Source of the DNA: Myxococcales bacterium
Lineage (GTDB): Bacteria; Myxococcota; Myxococcia; Myxococcales; Anaeromyxobacteraceae
Assembly (NCBI GenBank): GCA_038320275.1
Contig: JBBQEB010000116.1
Span: 1 to 12,704, forward strand
Direction of reading: 5' to 3'
Length of the DNA stretch: 12,704 bases
Below the pieces are notes generated by a model, which made no database searches, was not told where the DNA came from, and was given only the letters and a program-made list of their open reading frames with translations. This document shows positions 1-6,450 of this stretch, piece by piece (position 1 is the first letter of the stretch; each line of letters opens with the position of its first letter). The position numbers and the translations under genes are program-made.

Positions 1-1914
1 CGGGGTCTCGCGACCGAGCGTTACGACTTCCTCGTGATCGACGAAGTGCAGGACGTCACCCCGGTCGAGCTCCGGCTGGCGCTGGCCACGCTGAAGGACA
101 AGGCAGCCTTCCTGCTCTGCGGCGACTCCAACCAGATCGTACACCCCAACCTCTTCTCCTGGGCGCGGGTGAAGAGCCTCTTCCACGCGGATGGCGCGCG
201 GCGCGGCGCCCTCGACCGGATCCACGTCCTGTCGGCGAACTATCGGAACACACGAGCGGTGACGGCGCTCGCCAACCGGCTGCTGCTCGTCAAGCAGCGT
301 CGCTTCGGCTCGGTGGATCGGGAAAGCAACCACCTGGTCGAGTGCGTCAGCGGCGCCGAGGGCCATGTGGAGCTCCTGGCGGACAGCCCTCGCGTGCGCG
401 CCGAGCTCGACGGGCGGACGCGGCGCTCGGCGCGGACCGCGGTGGTGGTGCTCCGCGACGAGGACAAACCGGCGGCGCGGGCGGCCTTTGCCACGCCGCT
501 CCTCTTCTCGGTCCGGGAGGCCAAGGGGCTGGAGTACGAGAACGTCATCCTGTTCAACCTGGTGAGCGGCGCGGCCCGGGAGTACCGGGAGTGCGCCGCG
601 GGCGTCGAGGCGGCCAGCCTGGATGGCGGGCTGGACTACGCCCGGGCGCGCGACAAATCGGACAAGAGCCTCGATGCCTACAAGTTCTACGTGAACGCGC
701 TCTACGTCGCGATGACGCGCGCGGTGAAGTCGCTGGTGGTGGTCGAGGCCGAGCCCGACCATCCGCTCCTCTCGCTCCTGGCCATCGGCCAGGCCGCGGA
801 GGGCGTCGCGCTGGCCGCGGAGGAATCGTCGCGGGAGGAGTGGCAGCGCGAGGCGCGGCGTCTCGAGCTGCAGGGCAAGGCGGAGCAGGCCGACCAGATC
901 CGGCGCGACATGCTGGAGGTGCGCCCGGTCCCCTGGGCCGTGGCGGACGCGACCATGCTGGGCGGTCTGCGAGCCCGGGCGCTCGGCCCAGGGCCCATCG
1001 ACAAGGCAGCACAGCAGCACCTCTTCGAGCTCGCGGTCACCTACGACGCTCCGTCGCTGTTGCCACGGCTGGTGGCCGCCGGGTTCCGTCACGCGCGGAA
1101 GGCCGAGTCGGGGCGCTCCTACATCGAGGACACCCATTACGCCGAGTACCGGCCCCGGCGCTCCCCGCGCCTCCAGGACCAGCTTCGCGAACACGGCCTG
1201 GACTTCCGCAACCCGCTCAACGAGACCCCGCTCATGGTGGCGGCCCGGCTCGGCCGGCAGGACCTGGTGAGCGAGCTGCTGGCGCTGGGCGCCGACGCGG
1301 AGGCCACCGACACGGCCGGCCGCTCCGCTCTGCGGGTGGCCTTGGCGGCATGGCTCGACTCGCGCGGCGTCAAGGCGGCGGCCTTCGCGCAGGTGTGGGA
1401 GCTGCTAGCCACCGCGCCTCTCAAGGTGAAGCTCGGCGATCGGATGGTGAAGCTCGACCCGAGCACCGGGGAGTGGTTCCTCGTGCAGCTCGGCCTGGTG
1501 CACATGCGGCGAAGGGTGGATGGCGCCGCGGGCCACGGCGCGCTGCCGATCCTCGACGCTCCCGCTCTGGCGCAGCTCGCCGCCAGCCTCCCGCCGGCCG
1601 TCCTGCCCGCCTATCGGCGTCGGCGGGAGTACCTGTCCTCCATCCTCGCCAAGAACGAGGTGGGCTCGACCAACCCGTACGGCCGGCGGCTCTTCCTGCG
1701 CGTGCGGCGCGGCGCCTACGTCCTCTGCCCCGCGCTCGATGTCGAGGTGAAGGGGGCATGGGTTCCCGTGATCGACGTCATGGGGCTCCCGTCGCTCTTC
1801 GGGGCCATCGGTCCGGGGACGGAGCCGATGGCGAGGTGGATGGCGGAGACGCGCGCGGCGCTGGCTTCGCGCAGCGCGTCCGAGGAGGAAGGGTCGAGCG
1901 TATCGACGGGGTGA
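1..1914 (+). CDS. Superfamily-1 (UvrD/Rep-like) helicase with a C-terminal ankyrin repeat; 5' end lies upstream of the window
   Basis: Frame is open from base 1 (RGLATERYDFLVIDEVQD). Motifs in order: Walker B DEVQD, motif III CGDSNQ, motif IV NYRN, motif V AKGLEY, motif VI YVAMTRA. An ankyrin-like segment follows (NETPLMVAARLGRQDLVSELLALGADAEATDTAGRSALRVA, about 1219-1341). Walker A is not in the window, so the ORF-track start at 34 is not the real start. Stop TGA 1912-1914. Confidence 0.9.
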   Translation, partial: RGLATERYDFLVIDEVQDVTPVELRLALATLKDKAAFLLCGDSNQIVHPNLFSWARVKSLFHADGARRGALDRIHVLSANYRNTRAVTALANRLLLVKQRRFGSVDRESNHLVECVSGAEGHVELLADSPRVRAELDGRTRRSARTAVVVLRDEDKPAARAAFATPLLFSVREAKGLEYENVILFNLVSGAAREYRECAAGVEAASLDGGLDYARARDKSDKSLDAYKFYVNALYVAMTRAVKSLVVVEAEPDHPLLSLLAIGQAAEGVALAAEESSREEWQREARRLELQGKAEQADQIRRDMLEVRPVPWAVADATMLGGLRARALGPGPIDKAAQQHLFELAVTYDAPSLLPRLVAAGFRHARKAESGRSYIEDTHYAEYRPRRSPRLQDQLREHGLDFRNPLNETPLMVAARLGRQDLVSELLALGADAEATDTAGRSALRVALAAWLDSRGVKAAAFAQVWELLATAPLKVKLGDRMVKLDPSTGEWFLVQLGLVHMRRRVDGAAGHGALPILDAPALAQLAASLPPAVLPAYRRRREYLSSILAKNEVGSTNPYGRRLFLRVRRGAYVLCPALDVEVKGAWVPVIDVMGLPSLFGAIGPGTEPMARWMAETRAALASRSASEEEGSSVSTG

Positions 1915-1946
1915 CGGCCCGGCACCGCCTCCCGCGCGCGAGCGTG

Positions 1947-1952
1947 TAGGAT
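1947..1952 (+). promoter_or_regulatory. Probable -10 element of the tRNA promoter
   Basis: TAGGAT followed by a short GC-rich stretch, 9 nt before the tRNA 5' end. No clear -35 seen. Confidence 0.45.
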
Positions 1953-1961
1953 CTCGCCCGG

Positions 1962-2047
1962 GGGGCCGTGGCGAAATTGGCAGCCGCGGGGGACTTAAAA
2001 TCCCTTTCCGCGCGAGCGGAGTCCCGGTTCGATTCCGGGCGGCCCTA
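1962..2047 (+). tRNA. tRNA-Leu, anticodon TAA (class II, long variable arm), CCA not encoded
   Basis: Acceptor stem GGGGCCG (1962-1968) / CGGCCCT (2040-2046), discriminator A2047. D arm GCGAAATTGGCAGCCGC. Anticodon stem GGGGA/TCCCT with loop CTTAAAA (TAA at 1996-1998). Variable arm TCCGC-gcga-GCGGA. T arm CCCGG-TTCGATT-CCGGG. Confidence 0.95.
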
Positions 2048-2185
2048 TCTCACCGCTTGGTGGCGCTTCGAAGGCGAGGCAGGGCGGGCGGCTCGGAGTG
2101 GCCGCCTTCACCCAGGGCCGCCGGCGCCTCGGCGTCCAAGCTCGGCGGCGCCAGGCATCGCGCCGGAGAGCGGCTCCTCGCACGA

Positions 2186-2194
2186 TGATAAGCT
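2186..2194 (+). promoter_or_regulatory. Putative extended -10 promoter (TGnTAAGCT) giving a leaderless transcript of the response regulator
   Basis: TGATAAGCT lies 7 nt before GTG 2202, and no Shine-Dalgarno sequence is present at a usable distance. Confidence 0.45.
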
Positions 2195-2201
2195 CCCTCG
2201 C

Positions 2202-3587
2202 GTGAAGCTCCTCCTCGCCGAAGACGACCGCATCGTCCGCATCACGGTGCGGGACGCCCTGCAGGAGCAGGGCTACCTGGTGACCGACTGCTCGGACGGC
2301 ACGGGCGCGCTTCAGGCGCTCGAGCGGGACGCCTACGACGTGATCCTGAGCGACGTCCGGTTACCGGGCATGGACGGCATCGCCCTCTTCCGCCGCGCGC
2401 GCCAGGTGCAGCCGGGCGCCGCCGTCGTCCTCATGACCGCTTACGCGGACACAGCCGACGCGGTCGCGGTCATGCGCGAGGGAGCCCGCGACTACCTCCT
2501 CAAGCCCTTCGACATGCAGGAGCTCCTGCTGCGGCTCGCCCGCGTGCGGGACGAGGTGCTGTTCCGGCGGCGGATGGAGGAGGGCGGCGCCTCGGCAGAA
2601 GCGGGGGAGCCGATCCGCGGCACGTCGGCCCCGGTGCGCCGCCTCATCGAGCGGGTGGAGGCCGCCGCCGCCAGCGACGTGGGGGTCCTCATCACCGGCG
2701 AGACCGGCACCGGCAAGGACCTGTGCGCCCGGAGCATCCACGCCCGGAGCCGCCGGGGGGCGAGGCCCTTCGTGGTGGTGAACTGCGCCGCCATCCCGGA
2801 GAACCTGCTCGAGTCCGAGCTGTTCGGGCACGAGAAGGGCGCCTTCACGGGCGCCGACCGGCGCCGGTCGGGCCGCTTCGAGGCGGCGCACGGCGGGACG
2901 CTCTTCCTCGACGAGGTGGGGGAGCTGTCGGTGGGAAGCCAGGCGAAGCTGCTGCGCGCCATCGAGACCGCCACGTTCGAGCCGGTGGGCTCGAACCGCT
3001 CGTTGCGGGTGGACGCGCGGATCATCGCGGCGACGAACCGCGACCTCGCCTCGAGCATGGGGCGCGGCCAGTTTCGAAAGGACCTGTTCTACCGCCTCAA
3101 CGTCATCGACGTGCGGCTGCCCCCCCTGCGGGAGCGCCGCTCCGACATCCCAATCCTCGCCGGCGAGTTCCTTGCCCAGATCGCGGCGCGGGAGGGGCGC
3201 GCGTCGCCGGCGCTCGATCCGAGGGCGGCTGCCGTGCTCGCCACCCACGACTTCCCCGGCAACGTCCGCGAACTCCTCCACGCCCTCGAGCGCGCCGTCG
3301 CGCTCTCCCGGGGCGGCACCATAAGGCCCGAGCACCTCCCGGAGGAGATGGTCGCCGACGCCATTGGCAGGTCGCCCGCCGCGTGCCCCGGAACTCCCAC
3401 CATCCAGCCCCTGGGAACCGCCACCGAGCAGTTCGAGCGCCAGTACGTCCAGCGAGCGCTGAAGAAGGTCGGGGGCCACCGGGGCCGCGCCGCGGCGCTC
3501 CTCGGCATCTCGCGGAAGAGCCTCTGGCAGCGGCTCCGCGAGGTCACCGGAGATCCTTCGGGCGGAGGCGAAGGGGGAACGAGCTAG
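2202..3587 (+). CDS. Sigma-54-dependent response regulator (NtrC family: receiver, AAA+, Fis-type HTH)
   Basis: Receiver domain starts MKLLLAEDD, with phospho-acceptor in LSDVRLPGMDG and KPF. Walker A GETGTGKD, ESELFGHEKGAFTGA, Walker B LFLDE, FRKDLFYRL, FPGNVREL, HTH RAAALLGISRKSLWQRL. The start is moved from 1968, which overlaps the tRNA, to GTG 2202. Confidence 0.95.
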   Translation: MKLLLAEDDRIVRITVRDALQEQGYLVTDCSDGTGALQALERDAYDVILSDVRLPGMDGIALFRRARQVQPGAAVVLMTAYADTADAVAVMREGARDYLLKPFDMQELLLRLARVRDEVLFRRRMEEGGASAEAGEPIRGTSAPVRRLIERVEAAAASDVGVLITGETGTGKDLCARSIHARSRRGARPFVVVNCAAIPENLLESELFGHEKGAFTGADRRRSGRFEAAHGGTLFLDEVGELSVGSQAKLLRAIETATFEPVGSNRSLRVDARIIAATNRDLASSMGRGQFRKDLFYRLNVIDVRLPPLRERRSDIPILAGEFLAQIAAREGRASPALDPRAAAVLATHDFPGNVRELLHALERAVALSRGGTIRPEHLPEEMVADAIGRSPAACPGTPTIQPLGTATEQFERQYVQRALKKVGGHRGRAAALLGISRKSLWQRLREVTGDPSGGGEGGTS

Positions 3588-3640
3588 CGGCGACCTTCGG
3601 CTCCGGGCCTCCGCGCGGCCCTCCGCTCCGGGTGAATGAC

Positions 3641-5098
3641 TCAGGACGCGGCCCGCTCGCGCTCGGGCACGCCTTCGGCGCGCTTCAACCAGACCGTCGC
3701 CACGGTACCTGCGCCCTGCGGGAAGTCGAAGGTGAGCTCGCCGCCGTGCGCGTCCACGATGCTGCGCGACAGGGGGAGCCCGAGGCCGGTGCCCTCCCCC
3801 TCCGGCTTGGTGGTGAAGAACGGGTCGAGGACGCGGTCGCGGATCTCGCGCGGGATGCCCGGCCCGTCGTCCTCGACGGCCATCCCGAGCGAGCCGTCGC
3901 GCGCCACGAGGCGCACCCGGATGGCGCCGCCATCGGAGGTGACGTACGCGGCGTTGAGGACGAGGTTCACGAGCGCCTGTCCGATCTTCCGGCGATCGAC
4001 GAGGACGCGCCCGCGCTCCTCCTCGCCGAGCACGACGCAGTCGATACGCCGCTCGTGCAGGAGCGGGTCGATGAACCGGATCACCTCGCGGACGAGCTCC
4101 GCCGTGTCGGAGATCGCCAGCGCATTGGGGTGCGGACGCCCGAAGTCGAGCAGGCGCTTCATGACCGCCTCGATGCGCTCCAGGCCCTCGCCCATGAGCG
4201 AGAGGTACTCGGCGCGCTTCGCCGCCGGCAGGTCGGAGCGCTCCAGCCGATGCACGCAGTTCTTGAGCCCGGCGAGGGGATTGTTCACCTCGTGGGCGAC
4301 GCCCGCCACGAGCGAGCCGAGCGCGACGAGGCGCTCCGACTCGAGCGCCCGCTGCCGCGCGCGCTCCTGCTCCGCGTGGGCCGTGCGGAGGCGCAGCATC
4401 ATGCCGTTGAAGCGCTCCCCCAGCTCGGCGATCTCGTCCGAGCCGCGGGGCCTCACCGTGGGGACTCCGCTTCCGCGGGCAGGGTCGAAGTGGTCGGCGG
4501 CGGCGAGGATGTCGCCCACCGGCCGAGCGATGCCGCGCCCCACGAAGAGCGCCGCCAGGAGCCCGAGCACGATGATTCCCGCCGCCAGGAGGCCCAGCTC
4601 CTTCGCCAGATGCCGGCGCGTCGCGCTCACGATCTCCATGTCGAGCCCGAGCCGGACCATCCCCACCCCGCCGACGATGGGCTCCGCCAGGTCGAGGATG
4701 CGCCGGCCGCGATCATCGACGATCACCGGGTCGAGGTCGCCGGCGGCGCGCAGCGTGAGGAGGTCGGCGGGGGTGAGCTCCGGGAAGGAGCTGGCGACGG
4801 CCGAGCCGGCCTGCAGGATGAAGCAGTAGACGATGCCGTGGTCATCCCGCGAAGTCGTCCCGGCCACGATCTCGTGAAGGGTGACCAGATCCGCGACGAG
4901 CAGGGGATCGGCCGCCTGCTGCGCAACGAGCCGCGCGATGCTCTTGCCCAGCACAACCTGCTCCCTCGCGAGCGCGCGGCTCGCGATGCGGTTTCCCAGC
5001 GCGAGGTGCAGCGCGTGCATGGCTACGACGCCGAGCGCCGCCAGCGCGGCGAGCTTCATCCAGAGCCGGACGCGCGGCCGGGAGCGCACGGCGCTCAC
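3641..5098 (-). CDS. Membrane sensor histidine kinase (2 TM, HAMP, HisKA, HATPase)
   Basis: Two hydrophobic segments flank an extracytoplasmic domain. HAMP IARPVGDIL...DEIAELGERFNGM, H-box VAHEVNNPL, N-box ALVNLVLNA, G1 EDDGPGI, F-box DPFFTTK, G2 GTGLGL. Start GTG 5098 overlaps the upstream stop (GTGA), consistent with translational coupling. Confidence 0.93.
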   Translation of the reverse strand: MSAVRSRPRVRLWMKLAALAALGVVAMHALHLALGNRIASRALAREQVVLGKSIARLVAQQAADPLLVADLVTLHEIVAGTTSRDDHGIVYCFILQAGSAVASSFPELTPADLLTLRAAGDLDPVIVDDRGRRILDLAEPIVGGVGMVRLGLDMEIVSATRRHLAKELGLLAAGIIVLGLLAALFVGRGIARPVGDILAAADHFDPARGSGVPTVRPRGSDEIAELGERFNGMMLRLRTAHAEQERARQRALESERLVALGSLVAGVAHEVNNPLAGLKNCVHRLERSDLPAAKRAEYLSLMGEGLERIEAVMKRLLDFGRPHPNALAISDTAELVREVIRFIDPLLHERRIDCVVLGEEERGRVLVDRRKIGQALVNLVLNAAYVTSDGGAIRVRLVARDGSLGMAVEDDGPGIPREIRDRVLDPFFTTKPEGEGTGLGLPLSRSIVDAHGGELTFDFPQGAGTVATVWLKRAEGVPERERAAS

Positions 5099-6057
5099 CG
5101 CTTCGCCTCCGCGAGCGCCGCCGCGCTGTCGAAGAGCGCCCGGGCCGGGGGCACAAAGCGTTCGATCCCGAGAGCCCGCAGCGCCTCCGCCCCGGCCGGA
5201 TCGCTCCCCAGCCCCACCAGCACCTCGCGGAGCCGCGCCCGCTGCGCGGGAGCGAGACGGGTCGAGGCAACGACGGGCATCATCCCGAACGGCGGCGAGC
5301 GGTGGATCATCCGCGTCTGGGTTGCCAGCAACGGATCCTGGTGCACCAGGTGATCGTAGATGATGCCGTGCACGGCCGCTCCGTCGACGATGCCCCGGGC
5401 CACGGCCTGGATCGAGCGGTCGTGGCTGTGCGTGAAGATCACATTCGAGAAGAACCGCTCCGGCGCGTGGCCGCGCTGCTCGAGCAGCCGGACGAAGTAG
5501 GTCCGGCCGGAGAACGACAGCTCGTCCGTGTAGGCGAAGCGCTTCCCGGCCAGCTCGGAGACGTCGCGAACCTCGCTCGCGGCGGGGACGATGACCACCG
5601 ACTCGTAGGTGCTCCGCCCCTGCACCACCGGCACCGCCAGCACCTCCACCGCCCCGGGCGACCTGCGCTCGAGGTCGAGGTAGCCGCCGGTGCAGACGAG
5701 CGCCGCGTCGAGCTGGCCGGCGGCGAGGAGGTCGTTCACCTCGCGGTAGGTCCTCCGCTGCACGAGGTCGACGTCGACGCCGAGGCCGTCCCTCAGGCGC
5801 TCGAAGAGGCGCGAGTAGGCGGAGTAGGTGCCGCGCGGCGACTCCATGGCCGCAACCGAGAATCGGAACTTCCGGGCCGCGCTCGGCTTCGCCGCGGCGG
5901 CGGTCGTGCCCGGCGCCTCCAGGCTGACCTGTGCCTCGCGGTAGGGGCTCGGACTGCACGCCGCGCCGGCGATCAGGGAGAGCGCGAGCGCGGCGGTGGG
6001 GTGCGAACGGACCGGCCGACGGAGGACTTCCCGACCCTGCTGCGTGCGTTGCGTCAC
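5095..6057 (-). CDS. PhnD/phosphonate-binding-fold substrate-binding lipoprotein, AioX-like accessory sensor protein
   Basis: Hydrophobic leader ending in a lipobox-like IAGAAC. Family motifs QRRTYREVNDLL, DAALVCTGGY, YESVVIV, LAGKRFAYTDELSFSG, FTHSHDRSIQAV. It is coupled to a kinase gene, with no ABC ATPase or permease in the window. The exact start codon is uncertain. Confidence 0.85.
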   Translation of the reverse strand: MTQRTQQGREVLRRPVRSHPTAALALSLIAGAACSPSPYREAQVSLEAPGTTAAAAKPSAARKFRFSVAAMESPRGTYSAYSRLFERLRDGLGVDVDLVQRRTYREVNDLLAAGQLDAALVCTGGYLDLERRSPGAVEVLAVPVVQGRSTYESVVIVPAASEVRDVSELAGKRFAYTDELSFSGRTYFVRLLEQRGHAPERFFSNVIFTHSHDRSIQAVARGIVDGAAVHGIIYDHLVHQDPLLATQTRMIHRSPPFGMMPVVASTRLAPAQRARLREVLVGLGSDPAGAEALRALGIERFVPPARALFDSAAALAEAKR

Positions 6058-6063
6058 CGCGCT

Positions 6064-6069
6064 ATCCTA
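6064..6069 (-). promoter_or_regulatory. Putative -10 element for the binding-protein/kinase operon (leaderless)
   Basis: TAGGAT on the minus strand, 6 nt before GTG 6057. It is the same hexamer as in front of the tRNA. Confidence 0.4.
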
Positions 6070-6121
6070 CGCTTCCCCCTCCGCCTCCCGCGCGCCGGCC
6101 CACCGCACCGGCGGGGCGACC

Positions 6122-6234
6122 TTGGCTGCGCCGCCTCATAATCACACCCGCGCAACGCTGCCCCGGAGCCGCCCCCATTACGGCGGTAGGAGCGGAACTT
6201 TGGCTGCGCCGCGTTACCCCCGCGCAACGCTGCC
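6122..6234. repeat. Two-copy imperfect direct repeat in the divergent intergenic region
   Basis: TTGGCTGCGCCGC at 6122-6134 and 6200-6212. CCCGCGCAACGCTGCC at 6147-6162 and 6219-6234. Confidence 0.85.
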
Positions 6235-6259
6235 TCCCCGGACGTTACCAAACCGTAAC
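6213..6259. promoter_or_regulatory. Putative tandem upstream activator sites for the sigma-54 activator
   Basis: GTTAC-N6-GCAAC (6213-6228) and the perfect palindrome GTTAC-N6-GTAAC (6244-6259) start 31 bp apart and lie about 110-155 bp upstream of the -24 box. A weaker ATCAC-N6-GCAAC is at 6141-6156. Confidence 0.6.
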
Positions 6260-6366
6260 ATCCCGCACCGGCCACCTCGCGCGCCCTCTCCGCCAGGGAG
6301 TGCGCATCGGGCGCGCTGTGTTGGGGGCCGCGGTCGGGCGACACCCTCACGCGCGCGAGGGTGCGG

Positions 6367-6383
6367 CTGGCATGCGCGGTGCA
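6367..6383 (+). promoter_or_regulatory. Sigma-54 (-24/-12) promoter of the cytochrome operon
   Basis: CTGGCATGCGCGGTGCA: GG at 6369-6370 and GC at 6381-6382 with exact 10-nt spacing, matching TGGCAC-N5-TTGC. A GGAGGAG Shine-Dalgarno follows before ATG 6451. Confidence 0.8.
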
Positions 6384-6450
6384 CTGAGGCGAGCGGGCGC
6401 CCCTTCGAAACAGGCGCTGCAGAAGCACCCCCTGGAGGAGACCACCCATC

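Noticed and set aside
2050..2115. Short hairpins after the tRNA as an intrinsic terminator
   Set aside because: The stems are short or imperfect, lack a U-tract, and are not distinguishable from background in GC-rich DNA.
1968..2201. N-terminal extension of the response regulator in the ORF track
   Set aside because: It overlaps the tRNA, and the receiver domain begins at GTG 2202.
5099..5959. 772-aa version of the histidine kinase
   Set aside because: The extension is an off-frame read of the binding-protein gene. GTG 5098 with a GTGA overlap fits better.
5095..6057. Phosphonate ABC transporter (phnD) call
   Set aside because: There is no phnC or phnE in the window and the gene is coupled to a kinase, so a sensory role fits better. 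The symbol aioX was also withheld because no arsenite oxidase genes are present.
6122..6259. CRISPR-like mini array
   Set aside because: Only two imperfect copies with unequal internal spacing, no cas genes, and the location is a promoter region.
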